DNA of 64,000 nt from Octopus sinensis (Eukaryota). The stretch covers positions 106,454,001 to 106,518,000 of the forward strand of contig NC_043002.1 in the NCBI RefSeq assembly GCF_006345805.1, read 5' to 3'. Both the position numbers and the translations under genes were made by a program. Positions 38,867-53,835 of the stretch are shown piece by piece. How positions within the stretch are numbered: position 1 is the first letter of the stretch; the number at the start of each line of letters is the position of its first letter. Below the pieces are notes generated by a model that was not told where the DNA came from, did not search any database, and saw only the letters and a program-made list of their open reading frames with translations.

Positions 38867-39339
38867 TATGGTCAACAGATGAGATCCAGCCGTTCTCAGA
38901 ATAGAAGACACTTTTGGAGCGCTCAAAATGATTCAAACTTAGATTTCATTAACTTTATAGGAGATCAATTCCGTGGGGTAAAAGATGGCTGTTAGAGAGA
39001 TCAAGTTGAGCAGATATTGAGGCAGTTAGAGGAAAACGTTGATTAAGTTTGGCTGGGGCGATCTTGATAAATGATTTCCTAATCTAGAATTGAAATCAAA
39101 TAATTGTCAGCAAAGATTTGTTTTGTGATTGATTTTTAAGGAGAGGCATTCTACTGTTTGGCTGTGACTATGAACAAGTCCACACTTGTTTATGTACATA
39201 GTCAAAACATAATCCTTACTTAGATTAAAATCTGCTGTAATGTAACTTTTTACTATATTTCTCGACCTTTGACCTTTCATTAACCTTTGCTTACAGACAT
39301 ACTTCGATGATTTCAACTACAAAATAATACAATAGCAAT

Positions 39340-39485
39340 CCTTAAGTATATTCTGTTGTGTCTGAAGAGAGTCATTCTCTTTTGGTGTCTTAGAACTTAA
39401 AACACTCACAGGTAAAATTTCCACTCATTTACTTATTTATTTTACGAAAATTTTCGTTGCGTCTTACAACCTTTTCAATAGTTTC
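39340..39485 (-). mobile_element. Single copy of the 5963/10512 repeat with a degenerate hammerhead-like end
   Basis: Shares the arm sequence; minus strand TTGAAAAG-GTTGT-AAGAC-GCAAC-GAAAATTTTC. Confidence 0.6.
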
Positions 39486-39680
39486 ATAGGCGCAGGAGTG
39501 GCTGTGTGGTAAGTAGCTTGCTAACCAACCACATGGTTCCAGGTTCAGTCCCATTGCGTGGCATCTTGGGCAAGTGTCTTCTGCTATAGCCCCGGGCCGA
39601 CCAATGCCTTGTGAGTGGATTTGTTAGACGGAAACTGAAAGAAGCCTGTCGTATATATATATATATATGTGTGTGTGTGT

Positions 39681-39733
<53 letters not shown>

Positions 39734-39934
39734 TTGTGTATCTGTGTTTGTCCCCAACATCGCTTGACAACCGATGCTGGTGTGTTTACATCCCCGTAAC
39801 TTAGCGGTTCGACAAAAGAGGCCGATAGAATAAGTACTGGGCTTGCAAAGAATAAGTCCTGGGGTCGATTTGCTCGACTAAAGGCGGTGCTCCAGCATGG
39901 CCGCAGTGAAATGACTGAAACAAGTAAAAGAGTA
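39486..39934 (+). mobile_element. SINE family A, full length
   Basis: Reverse complement of 1644-2063. Confidence 0.9.
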
Positions 39935-40469
39935 TATATTCTTAGGCCACCTTCATGTCTAGGTTGGGCCGCTCGGCTTGAAGGTAGTGACTCAACCCCG
40001 TTCGGTTTCTTGAAATCGCAAGTGCAATGGATTAGCTAGTGTTCTCCAATTCACTCGGGAATTCCCTTCGTATCCAGCAGAATAAATAATCGGCTAAACT
40101 TTTTCGACCTCGTTCCAAGTCTGCCTACCTTCCTTTCAAACTCACCTTTTACTCTTACGTCTGAGACACGATTTCGACTACTTCGAACATTTAAAACTCT
40201 TCCGTCTCATCAACCTGACACTGACCACACTACGTCCTTTATGCATCCATAGTTTACATTCCTACCAACTGCTCTCAGCGAAGTGGCCATCTTTAATATA
40301 AACATGGCCACTTCGCTGAGTGGTGAAAGAGTCCTATCTCCCCAACTAAAATCTTGGCTTAAATTTGTCACTTAGATTCTCGGTTGTTGTTGTTGTTGCT
40401 GTCTCACTAGGAAGAGAGTGCCCTAGTGGTACACCGTCTTGTTATAAACCGAAGCTGCATCTCAAACTT

Positions 40470-41720
40470 ATATTCTTCTTAATTAGTTGTACAAACATTG
40501 ATTTACTTTCATAAATTGAGCCATCAACGTGAAACTTCTGTAACCGTTTCTTTCCAGAACAACTCCTGTGTCCCTAGAGACGTTGATGACACTGCTATAC
40601 CAGTCATTGGGAAATATTTTCCTTTGTACAACTTGATTGACTGTACGATTGATTAACACAAATTTTATCGATATTTTCAACATCTCGGCAATATTCTTTG
40701 ATGATCCAACTGCTTTCCTTGCCTTCATATTTTAATCCCACGTTCGTCCGTGTAGCTGTCAACTTCCAACATTAATAGCTAGTTGTTTTTTGTTTTTTTC
40801 TGTTAGGTTTAATTAGAGATAGTACGGCCAAGCACTGACTACATTCAGCAATTTCTCCAAGAAACAGTTTCTTCTCTGTTTTGGTGGAGGTAAGTGCGAT
40901 GCCATGATTCCGAACAACATCTCACCAACAACGCCTTTGATTCGCACAAAGACTGCATTGCAATCCGGAACGTCTCATGTCTTTGACCCTCTCATCACAA
41001 AATATCAGCAAACCTCTTAATTAATGTCTAACTTTACTTTCGTTTTGTCTTTTTTACTACCCAATATTATTCTCTGCTCTATCCTTTCTCCTAAAAATTC
41101 GAAATCTGTTTCTTAGTTCTAAGGCCCTTCGAACCCACAATCACGTCACCCTCTATTTGACTGGTACTTTGCTCGAGATCTCTTTTAGGGTTTACCGAAG
41201 GTTGTTTCACAAAAAACTCCCAGTTCTCCTCTATGTTAATAACTCTCAAATGTTCTTCCGTTTTCGAGTACTTCTCACCCAGAAACTCACTGAACCGTGA
41301 TCTAACAAAGACATCGCCCAGCTTCCATACCTTCCTTCTCCATAAATTCTGAAGGCACTGATTGCATAGAGTGATACATTCTTCCCTAGGAAAAGATTTA
41401 GTAATCGCAACCCTCTGTCAATCCCATTTCCTAGTGGGCGTGAAGGTCTACATAGCTTGCGCGCTCGCTTGCTTGTTAGGTAACCAGGTGACCGGCACCG
41501 TTTCTTGAAATCAGTATTACAAATGATTAAGACATTTGCATCACAGAATACAAACAGCCCTAATCCCTCGTCATCTCCCCTGCTATATCCATAGCTTTCA
41601 TCCATGCTGGAAAAGCCATTAAAGAGATTAACCTTCACAGTGATGTCGCTGCCGGTCGTTGCTGAGACGGTTCTGCAAGAGGGTTTCAAAGAAAAGATCC
41701 CATTACACAACTGACTATGC
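40470..41720 (-). mobile_element. Fragmented RTE LINE (APE and RT N-terminal remnants)
   Basis: YGYSRGDDEGLGLFVFCDANVLIICNTDF (APE-like) upstream of KARKAVGSSKNIAEMLK...FPNDWYSS (RT N-terminus-like). Confidence 0.65.
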
Positions 41721-41889
41721 TGACACAAACAAATACGACCGATGACATTGTGTTGCTCCTGATTAGACGAAGCTAATAATTATCTCGCAATACTCGGGTT
41801 GCCTCATTTATTCTACCCATTTCACGGCCAGCAGTAGAACTATTTCACGTATGGCAGAACTTACTGAACATCCCCATGAATTTATATCC

Positions 41890-42190
41890 AGGATGCGTGA
41901 GAGGAAGTTTGCTTTTGCAACCCCACGGTTTGGGGTTCAGCGCCCGCCACTTTGGGCAAGTGTCTTCCACTACTGATCCGGCTCGACCAAAGCTTTGTGA
42001 GTGGATTTGGTACATATCAAAAGACAGAAGCACGTAGTGTGTGGGTGTGCGTGTCCGTCCGTCCTTGCCTTGACGTCACGTAATCTACAAGTGCCACTGT
42101 CATGCAAACGTGTCCAGCCATGAGGAAACATCACCTTCTTTTGAAACAGGTAAGGGTTGGACAGGAAGGACATGGACATTAAAACGACAA
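41890..42190 (+). mobile_element. Old SINE with family A-like head and GGTTGG-ACAGGAAGG central domain
   Basis: GGGGTTCAG...TTGGGCAAGTGTCTTC...GTGAGTGGATTTGGTA; domain shared with family E. Confidence 0.55.
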
Positions 42191-42403
42191 TAATTATGTT
42201 CCTTACCCAAAAGAAATCCTGGTGAGGGTCCCAGTTGTAATATCTATCCTGCACCCACCCACATTCCTCTGCACCAACATCACTCCAGCCTCTCAAGTCC
42301 AATAAAATAAGCTTGTTTTATACATTTAAAAAATCACAAATAAATCACATCTCACTGCATTGAAAAAGAACTCAGTGATAATGTAATCCTTGATACACTA
42401 TGG

Positions 42404-42695
42404 AGGCGCAATGGCCCAGTGGTTAGGGCAGCGGATCGCGGTTTCGATTCCCAGACCGGGCGTTGTGTGTTTATTGAGCGAAAACACCTAAAAGCTCCAC
42501 GAGGCTCCGGCAGAGGGTGGTGGCGACCCCTGTTGTACTCTTTCGCCACAACTTTCTCTCATTCTCTCTTCCTGTTTCTTGAGTAACGCTGCGATGGACT
42601 GGCGTCCCGTCCATCTGGAGGGAACACATACGCCACAGAAACCGGGAAACCGGGCCCATGAGCCTGGCTAGGCTTGAAAAGGGCGAAAGAAGAAT
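42404..42695 (+). mobile_element. tRNA-derived SINE family D with 11-bp TSD
   Basis: A-box TGGCCCAGTGG, B-box GTTTCGATTCCC; TSD ATACACTATGG at 42393-403 and 42696-706. Confidence 0.85.
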
Positions 42696-43024
42696 ATACA
42701 CTATGGCTGAATATAAAACAGAATGATCAATATCAACATCGTCATCGTTTTAGTCCACTTTTCCATGCTTGCATGGATTGGACGGAATTTGATGAAGCAG
42801 GTTTTTTTATAGCTGGGTGACCTTCCTGTTTTCCTCACCCATTTTCAAGCAAGATAATACCCTTCGCCGCCCCACCACCCACCCAACCGCTGGTCAGACA
42901 GGATAGCCATGGTTGGAAAGCTTTTCAGGACTGATTACGAGACCAAACAACAACAGCATATACTAGAAATAAATGAAAACAAAAACTGACAAGAAATACT
43001 AATTAAAAAATATTTCAAAATACC

Positions 43025-43030
43025 TTTATT
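43025..43030 (-). terminator. Candidate polyadenylation signal AATAAA (minus)
   Basis: Followed on the minus strand by a U/GU-rich tract at ~42940-43000; AATAAA is common in AT-rich DNA. Confidence 0.3.
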
Positions 43031-43467
43031 TTCTCCATTGTTGATTAATTTGACTGTCTGAGGGTTGGTGGAGGGGGGTAGAAGGAAGAGGAGGATGTCG
43101 AGGCAGAGAAAAACACTCTACATTCTTGTTCTAGCTGTTGTTGTTGTTGTTGAAAGATGAGGGAAGGGAGAGTTTGGCTAGAGATGGGGGAGGGGAAGCC
43201 TTTGAGTTTTGAATATTTGATCTTGAAACCAAAACAGAGGGGGGTGGAGTGGGGTATAGGGGGGGTAAAAGAGGGAGGGTCGCAGAAAAAAAAAAGAAAC
43301 TTTAGAAATCAGAAAGAGAAAAGATGGACAGGGGATGGGGAAGTTGCGTATACATATATATGCAACATATGTGTGAGTGTATGTGTATATATGAAGATAT
43401 ATGTATGTATACATGTATGTGTGCCTACATATATAAATATATATGTATGTATACATCTAAGTGTGCC

Positions 43468-43515
<48 letters not shown>

Positions 43516-43742
43516 AGTAAATAGATAAATTTTTTTCAACATGTAAATACTGAACATTATATATAAAGGATAAAATCCTTTAAGAGCAGAAAAATTTGTT
43601 CAGTAGTGGTGGTGCCCCAGCATGGCCGCGGCCTTCGGGCTAAAACATTTTTAAGGATTTATTTACACATTGAAAAAAATGTATCTTTCAACTTGTTCTA
43701 CAAGATATTTCAAAAACAAACTTGCCTGTTTACATGACATTT

Positions 43743-43776
<34 letters not shown>

Positions 43777-44159
43777 ATATATATATTACATATATAGACA
43801 TATATATATATATATGTAATGTACGTATGTATGTATGTATGTATGAGGGGCATATATTTATATACGTATACAAATCATGTTGCACAACCCAAAAGAAGGC
43901 ACACAACAAACCGTTATTAATACCTGAGACAGCAGGATATAAAGACAAACACACATTTATGCATAATTTTATATGTGTGTGTGCATGTGTGTGCGTGCAT
44001 GCATGGTGATATATATATATATATATATATCCATGCATATATTTATACATGAATGCATACATACACATCCATACATGCATATTAGCAGATATATATATAC
44101 TAAATTGTTGTATAAAAACACCTCTATAATACGTCTTCATACATTCATTTGTATGTGTG

Positions 44160-44214
<55 letters not shown>

Positions 44215-45334
44215 GTATAGGCATATATGTAGACACAAAGCTAAATTTTAAGATGTACAATGTACATAGAATGTATGTATATACATGTATATTTGAGGGA
44301 AAATAACTTTATTTACATAGCTTACCAAATCGTTAGTAAGATGATAAAAATATATAGAAATATATAGAAAGATACAAAGATATATATATATATATATATA
44401 TGGGTGTGTATATATATATATAATTATAAAAATTAATTAATTAAAACAGATCAATAAATATAATTACAGTTTCTTTCATAGAAAATAACAGCACAAAAAA
44501 TATAAACAATTGAAAACCCTAAACGAGGACACAAATTGATTACAGTTTGAAGTCTTGGCTTCAGGTTAAAAAAAAAAATCACTGCTCGTTAGATAACATA
44601 AGAGTAACAAAGCACTCTTTATTAATAAGATGGATTGTTTCTCCCTGATTATTTAATTATCTACTGATTAGACAGACAGAGGCTGATAATTAGTCAGTCG
44701 ATCAGAATTTTATACATCTTTTAAAAAAAATTCTTTGAACATACGAAAAAAATTACAAAAAAAAAACACCATCAGTGTCAATGCAGGAAATTGAACCCAC
44801 GACGTTTTTGACTATAAAAATAACAATTTGTCCACTTGGCCACAGTTTCCTCTCCACTGTTTTTAAGTTACAGGTTTTTGTTTTTTTTGGGGGGGTGGGG
44901 GGGGAGTATATTTTTTTCTTTAAATTGTTTTTATTATTTTTTTTTAATATAAGGCAGTTTATTAAAGAATTGTAAGAAACAATAAGGCATGATTGGTTTG
45001 ATCAGGGTTTAGGGGGCGGGGCATTCAGGTTAGAATCTGAGATTTCAGTAAAGTTAGAAATTATTAAAAGGTGGGGGGGGGCTACGGGCAAAAAGTTAGC
45101 ACCAAGTGATAAAAGCTGGGGCTAGCAGCAACAGTACAGAGAAAATGGGGGAGGGGCCTTGATAGCATTCCCTCTCGTCAACCAGTGTGTGCATGTGTGT
45201 GTGTGATGATATGGGTGTCAACAGAATTACCTTACAACAGTCAACATTAAGTGGCATCACAAAAGATGGTTGAGGAAAGGATCTGAGCAGATTATAAGAA
45301 CGGTTTTCAGAAAAACAAACTACTACACACACTC

Positions 45335-45366
<32 letters not shown>

Positions 45367-45631
45367 CATGCATGTGTTTATACACACACACACACACACA
45401 CCTATTCAACAAATGATGTAGTCTGAGAAGACCCGGAACTTATCACCATAAGGCACTGGTCCCACACAACCAGTCACCACAAGGCACCCAAGTAATTTAG
45501 GTTTTGAAGGGTATTAAAAATAATTCAATAAAAGACAGAGGGGTGCTGGGGGCAGAGGTGGAGTGAGTTAACCTCTAACTGTAGGAAGACAATCTCTAAA
45601 TTGAAACACAACAATGGAACACCATTATTAC

Positions 45632-45673
<42 letters not shown>

Positions 45674-46625
45674 AAAAATAATTAATACTAAAAAATATCA
45701 TTTTCAAAATCATTAAATATATTGTTATATTATTATTATTATTATCATTATTATTATTATTATTATTGGTAATAATAAAATGGCTCTAATTACTTGAATT
45801 TTTTGTCTTTTTTTATTTAAGGATGCACACAAGAGGTTGTGATATTCATGCCTTGCTCAAAAGAATTAATGACAAAATTAAACCTCTTTAGACACCTGAA
45901 AGAAGAAAGTCAATCAAATGATCATTGCATATCATTGATGATGATGATGATGGCTATAGACATACTTACATAATGATGATGATGATGATAATGATGATTG
46001 ATGACAAGAGTAATGATATATATTAGCCAGGCATAAAGCCACTTCTGTTGAGGATATGTTTATTTATATATATATGTATATATATGTATATATATATTTG
46101 TATTTATATATTTAATGCATCATTATGTAATAACTGGTTTTTCTTTTCATTGACCGTATTTAGTAATAAAGGACAAAGGATAACACAATGGACAGAACAG
46201 GAGTTTAGTGATGTGGAAGATAAAAAGAAAGATAATAGAGATATTATATATATATATATATATCCCAGCATGGCCACAGCATCAGGGTTGAAGAGAATAG
46301 AAGAATATATATATATATATATATTGATTGATTTTCGTTGCTTTACTCTCCGCCTGTGTGATTAAACTTCAAGTATTTTGGGTTCTCTGGAAGACCCTTT
46401 TTTAAAGTAGAAGAAATGGCTAAGATTTTGGCTGCTATTTCTGAACTTCGGCATGCGGTGAGGCAATTCTTTTGCTGAACCCTTTTTATTAGTATATGTA
46501 TATATATATATATATATATGTATATATCTCAGCATGGCCACAGCATTTAGGTTGAAGAGAATAAAAGGATATTGTATTCTACAAGATTTCTCAATAACGA
46601 AGTAACCACACGGCTAAGCCCACAC

Positions 46626-46665
<40 letters not shown>

Positions 46666-46881
46666 TATGAAATAATAGATCAGCAGAATGATATTTGGGA
46701 TTTATGAATAATTCAGCAGTGTAATTAATTAAAATATCAAGGTAAAGTAACGAAGCAAATTAGGATTTAAAGATGACAGTTTATGGTGATTAATATTTAG
46801 GGAGATGGGGGGGGGAGCAGACAGACAGACAGAGGGGAAATGCAGAGATATGGAAAGGTACACACAAACTTCAGTGTGCAT

Positions 46882-46916
<35 letters not shown>

Positions 46917-47439
46917 AAGTGTCTCACATACATGATTTACTAATCACAGCTAAATGTCGTTAAGGCATATCAACAGAGGGAAAAATGATATATATAGTTA
47001 TTTTAATTTATATCTTTATTCCACCATTTTTTTACTATTTCATCTCAGCCTCCAGTCCCACTCCACCACTGTATTCTAAATTGTATGTCCGTGAACTGTT
47101 CTAAATGTTTGAGCCCCTGTGGCCAATACAAAAGTCATCATTATCATTATTAAAAACATTAGATCCGCAAAAGAAATCCTTTCAGAATTCCTTCAACCAT
47201 TGATTTATAAAGATATTTCCTGAGTTTGTTCAAGAGAAACATTAACTACTCTGATCTGATAAGTCTCAAAAAGGGACCAGTGAACAACAATGGAGGGGGT
47301 CACAGCCCCTCTTTCCATAGCAAACCAGTAAAGAAGAGAGACAAAACTACAAATCTACAAAGTTTTAACTCAAAACATGAATCATTTCTTTGTGTATGTG
47401 TGTGTGTGTGTGTGTATGTATTATACACATATGCACATG

Positions 47440-47605
47440 GTAGGCTTCCTTACAGTTTCTCCCTTCTAAATTTCACTCACAAGGACATTGGTCAATTTGA
47501 AACTGTAGCAGAAGACACTTAACCAAAGCACCATGCCGTGGAACTGAACTTGGAACCTTTTGCGGTTCTGAAGCAAAGTTGATACACACATAGCTACACC
47601 TGTAT
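47440..47605 (-). mobile_element. CpG-decayed SINE A head
   Basis: GGCTTCCTTACAGTTTC...CACTCACAAGG...GAAGACACTT...GGAACTGAAC. Confidence 0.65.
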
Positions 47606-47629
47606 ATGCATGTGTGTGTGTGTGTGTGT

Positions 47630-47685
<56 letters not shown>

Positions 47686-48094
47686 CGCGCGCATACACAT
47701 ATAGATATAAAGACAGATAGATAGATAGATAGATAGATAGACAGACAGATAAAGATAGATAGATAGGATAATTTAGACAGATAGATTACATCTCACATGT
47801 ACAGTGAGAAGCACTTGATCTGTATAACATGATGCAATGAAGTGTTCCTCGAAGAAGTTGTCATGGTTCAGCAACCAAATGTATTGGTAACATCCCCTGC
47901 AGGGGAAACATACATAGGGAACAAATGATATAAACTGCATCTTGTGTTTATCATAATATCTCTAATATAAATATTAAAAAATTTTGGAAGAAAATAATTA
48001 TGTTTTTAATAAAAACATGAAACAATTAAAAAAGGCACGTTATAGAGGAGATTTCGACTGGGAGAAGTCGAATAATAATATTAATAATAATCCT

Positions 48095-48500
48095 TTCTAT
48101 TATGTGCACAAGGCTTGAGATTTGGGGTGAACAGGGTTAGTCGATTACATTGACCCTTGTGCTCGGCTGGTACTGGTTTCATCGACCTTGAAAGGATGAA
48201 AGGAAAAGTGAACCTGGGCAGAATTTGAACACAGAACACAAAGCTGGAAAAAATGTCACGAAGCATTTTGTCCGGCATGCTAACAGGGGATAATAATAAT
48301 AATAACAATAATAATTTCTAACATTAGCACAAGGCTTGAAATTCGAGGGGATGGTAACGATCAATATCGACCCCCAAGTACTTAAGTGGTACTTTAATCT
48401 CTGAATGATGAAAGACAAAGTTGACCTCCAAAGGATTTGAATCCAGAAAACAAAGAACAGGAACAAAATAACACAAAGGCATTTTCCCCAATGCTCTGCT
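48095..48500 (-). mobile_element. Two degenerate SINE B-related copies
   Basis: GGATGAAAGG-AAAGTGAACC...GAATTTGAAC...AAGCATTTTGTCCGGCATGCTAAC. Confidence 0.65.
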
Positions 48501-49077
48501 GGTTCTATCAATCCAGTTCCTCATAATAATAAAGATGATGATGATGATGATGATTGCTTACACGGGCATGAAAACTTAAGAAAATTCAAGTGGGTGGGAA
48601 TGTATTAAATGAGATCAGGTCACTGTGCCATGATGCTCCACCGTGTCATGCTGCACTACAGAATATACTACTGTGCCAAAGGTTTGCACAACGTGCCATA
48701 CAAATGCACTCAATGACACTGTGCGACACTGTGAAATACTATGTCACAGTGGACAGTGCATCTCACAGCTGTACACAATGTATTAATGGGCCATGGTATC
48801 ACACAGCTCCAATGTGCCTCACCAGCAATCCAATTTTTTTCACCTAAAGTGGAGTAAAACCCTCATCCCTTTTCTATTGGTATATAACTGCTACTTTATT
48901 ATTATTATTATTACTATTATAAAATCGTGTGGAGGAGTGTGGAGTGCCAACCCCAATACTACAATGAAGTCTCTACATGCTGTCACACCAAACCAAGTAG
49001 AAATATAAGAAACCAAAAGCAACATCTCCAGAAAAAGCTACAATCAAAACCAAACTTTGACAAATCAAGTTTCCACA

Positions 49078-49123
<46 letters not shown>

Positions 49124-49367
49124 CACACAAGAGCATGCATACATTTCTCAATATGTACATGCATGTTTCTGTCTGTCAACATATGAATGAGCAAATATAG
49201 CTTTTTATGTTTTTACCGAAAATATCATCCATCAGAAAAGTCTCAGGTCAGTGTATCAAACGGGAGCATTGACTAAAACTAACGTGGCAGGTGAGGGTTC
49301 AAACCACGGTTGGAGTAGCGATTGATTATAGCCAGCATTTTTACTGAGTAACTGCTTTTTGGGTTAA

Positions 49368-49545
49368 TAGGCTGATAGTGTTGTTTTAGGCTGATAGCTT
49401 TGACGTAAGAGGAGAGCATTGATGTAAGCCAATAGCACTGATGTAGTAGGCCAATAGTGTACATTTAGACTGATAGTGTAGATTTAGGCTGATAGTACAG
49501 CAGTAAGTTGATAGTGTTGATGTAAACTGATGGTGGTATTGCATG
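49368..49545. repeat. Degenerate ~19-bp minisatellite (AGGCTGATAGTGTTGATGT-like)
   Basis: About nine diverged tandem units read directly. Confidence 0.7.
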
Positions 49546-50855
49546 AGTGGTAGTAGGTGTTTACAGACACATACACAATATACACATGTGAGCCTATGTA
49601 TGTACATATGTGTATATATGCACCCCTTATATATTCGTGTACATATACACACACACATACCAATACCTATGTGTATATATACACATACATACATATCCAC
49701 ATGTGTATATATATGTGTATGTGTGTGTGTGCAAATGCATGTAAGTATAGGTATGTGTATATATAAGTATGTACATGAATATATAAGTTTATGCATATAT
49801 ATATACATAGACACACAAATGGATAATTGCCGAATATTCAGGGAGTGTGTGAAGTCAGTCAGCAGTGAAAGCTAATTACTGTACAACAGTGACGAGTGGA
49901 ACCCAGACGAGGATGTGTAGAAGGAAAGAAGGAAGAAAGCAATGAAAAGGTTAACATGGGAAGGAAGGAAGGTTATTGACTAACAGACAGACAAAGATGC
50001 AACTGTATACAAACAATTGCATACCTTCCTCAATTGCCCAGCGTGAACACACGGTGACACAGTTCACTGCACACATGCTGTTCACATTCGATCCCAGCAT
50101 GTGTAGAGCAAATGGGCCACATGGTATTCACATGTAGAGTCGGGGTTTGTAGCAGTTAGGGCTGAAGGGTCAATGGCACAACTACAAAACAGAATCACCG
50201 ACAGGAGGAGGGACAACATCGATGTTATTCCAAGTCGTACCATTCTATTCTACCAAAGCTGGTTGTTCTTCGGACAAATGGACAAATCACAACATTGAAA
50301 CCCTGGCCAAACTGACCGATCACAACACAGAAACAACATCCATACTTGACTAAATTGGCCAATCAAGCCAACTAGACTGACCACCCAGTAACATATAGAA
50401 ATTAGTGACAGCCTCAGTTAAATGAGGCTGATCAAACACATTGAACAAATAGTCATAACTATCTGAAGTGGTTAGTCAAGTCAAGGGCAGCTAACTCCAA
50501 CCAACAGGAGTTAACAGTTTGGACAGACACATCACTGCAACAACAATAACAACAACATGGTAGTCATGGCGACATGGTATACAGCAATACATACAACCAA
50601 GAAACACCTGCTAGCTGCAGTGGCAGGTGTTCCTTGGTTGGGGTGCATTTACTTCCTTCCGGAACCTATTACAGGTCTCGTCTGCTATCACATGTGATTG
50701 TGGACGTTATCATATGTGGCGGCCACCGACACTTCTGAAACAGTGACGAGATGAGTTCAAATTCATCAAGAGTCATCACAGCTCACTGGCCTTCAACAAT
50801 ATACACGAATGCATGTGTTTATACAGACATATACGTATATGTATATAAATACTCT

Positions 50856-50896
<41 letters not shown>

Positions 50897-51411
50897 CGAG
50901 AAGGAATTTTAGAATTGATGGTTCACCTCTGAGTATTTCTTGTGTCAAGAAAGTAATGAAATCAAATTATAGATCCAAATACAAACCTGTATGTGTACAT
51001 GCGTATGAGTGCGTGTGTATAGATGTGTGTATGTATGTGTGTGTATAAGTGCTGTAGCATGAATTAAAAACCTGAGTCTATGCCCAGCTGTCCAACACCA
51101 CACCCTTCGGCCACTGAGGAAAATTAAAAGCAGTAAATTCAGTGTAAGAAGGAAAAGGAAAATGGGAGTGAGTTTGTTAAACATTGATGACAAAGATGGG
51201 TGGATGTTTAGACTGAAGGTAAACATCTACCCAGATCTCAACTCTATCTTGACAAGGGGAACTCTGGCACAAGCAAATTAGATGATATACATACTCTCAC
51301 ATATGCATATAAATATATATACATATATATATTTACATAGATATATGTACATATATATATATACACAAACACTCACACACACCTATGTACCTATATATAT
51401 GTGTGTGTATG

Positions 51412-51443
<32 letters not shown>

Positions 51444-51544
51444 CATACACACACACACACACACATGTACATACTGCACATAACTATGCATATACACATG
51501 CATATACATATATTGAATAACTGGCACTTGGTCAGTTATGACGG

Positions 51545-51833
51545 TGAGTGTTGCAGTTAATCTGAGGAATGCAACAACCTGCTCGTGAAATTAACGTGCA
51601 AGCGGTTGAGCACTCTGCAGACATGCATACCCTGAATGTACTTCTCGGGGAGATTCAGCAATGACAGAGTGCGACAAGGCTGGCCCCTCTTAAAGGACAT
51701 GTTTGCCAGCTGAGAGGACTGGAGCCAGGTGAAACAAAGTGTCTTGCTCAAGGAGACAACGTGCAGCTGGGAATCGAACTCACGACCTCACCATCATGAA
51801 CCGAATACCCTCACTACTAAGCTACATGCCTTC
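51545..51833 (-). mobile_element. CpG-decayed SINE family C
   Basis: Reverse-complement homologue of 19359-19680. Confidence 0.8.
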
Positions 51834-52259
51834 ACACACACATACATACATACATACATATATACACACATATCTACATACATATATATATATATACACA
51901 TACATACATATATATACACACATACATATATATATATACACACATACATACATATATATATATACACACATACATATATATATATACACACATACATACA
52001 TATATATACACACATACATACATATATATATACACACATACATACATATATATATATATACATATATATATATACACACATACATACATATATATATACA
52101 TATATATATATACACACATACATACATATATATATATATATATACATATATATATACATATATAACACATACATACAAACATATATATACACACATACAT
52201 ATATATACATATATATATATATAACACACACATACATATATATACATATATATATATAT

Positions 52260-52308
<49 letters not shown>

Positions 52309-52471
52309 CATACATACATATATATACACATACATATATATATACACATATATATATACATATATCTACATACATACCTATATATATATATATATACACA
52401 TACATACATACATACATCTACATACATACCTATATATATATATATACACACATACACATACATACATACAT

Positions 52472-52511
<40 letters not shown>

Positions 52512-52615
52512 GCATACATACATACATATATATATATATACATACATACATAGACTTATACAGTTATATATGTAGAAAGACACATGCATATACACACACA
52601 CACACACACACACAC
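51834..52615. repeat. (TA)n/(TACA)n compound array
   Basis: Direct reading. Confidence 0.95.
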
Positions 52616-53745
52616 AGACATCATCTTGTTGCTTGAAGCTTCCCGACCAACTGATACACTGACCTTGTGTTAATGGATGGTTAAATAACAGGTGAGGTGT
52701 GGCAGCAGGTGTAGAGGATGGAGATTATAGTATTGGCAGGTAAGGGGGGGGGGGCGGTGACGAGCTGTGCTTGTGAAGCCATAGTGATTGATCAAAGTGG
52801 TGACAGTAGCAGTGCTAGTAGTAGTAGTAGTAGCAGTAGTAGTAGTAGCAGCAGCAGTAATGTAAAAGATGTAGTCATTGTAATGGTGGTAGTAGTAGTA
52901 AGGTTCTAGAAGTCAATGTAGTTGTAGCAGCAGTCATAGTAGTAGTAGTAGTAGCAGCAGTCATAGTAGTAGTAGTAGTAGCAGCAGTAATTCTACAGTC
53001 GCAATAACAGTAGAGGCAGCAGCATCAAATTAGTAGTAGTAGTAAATTGATAATCTTGTCCCTGTAGTAGTAGTAGTAGTAGTAGTAGCAGCAGCAGACA
53101 CAGACCAATGTCATTGGCAAGCTTACCTGTACAGTAACAATCAATCAATATCTTTTTTTTTTCTAATCTAGGTACAATGCCAGTAATTTTTGAGGGGAGG
53201 GGTAGTTGATTACATCAACCTGAGTACTTGAGTGGTGTTTTATTGTTATCAACCCTGAAGTGGATGAAAGGCAAGTCTGGCTTTGGTACGATTTGAACTC
53301 AGAATATAAGGGGCCAAAACTAGTACTGCAAAGCATTTTCTTTGATGCTCTACCAATTCTGGAAACCCACAATAATAATAATAATATAATAATAATAATA
53401 ATAATGATGATGATGATGATGATAATGAGGAGGAGGAGGAGGAGACGAAGACAACAAAGAAGAAGAAGAAGAAGAATTAAATTCTAACATAGACACAGCA
53501 CCAAGGAAAGGGTGTTGATTAATTTAATTGATACCAATATATGACTGGTACCTCAATGACCCAAGAAATATAAACTTGGAAGATAAATGTAGAGAGGGTT
53601 TAACTCAACAATAATAATTACTACGACAATCACAGACACAAGTAACAATGATGGTGGTGGTGGTGGTGGTGGTGGTGTGTTATCATTTTAGTAAACCATA
53701 CCTGTAAAAAGTTTGTCAACCATTAATAAATTATACTGTTCACCA

Positions 53746-53835
<90 letters not shown>

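Noticed and set aside
51729-52613. Y/I/H/T-rich ORFs, also at 57284-58041
   Set aside because: (TA)n/(TACA)n repeats
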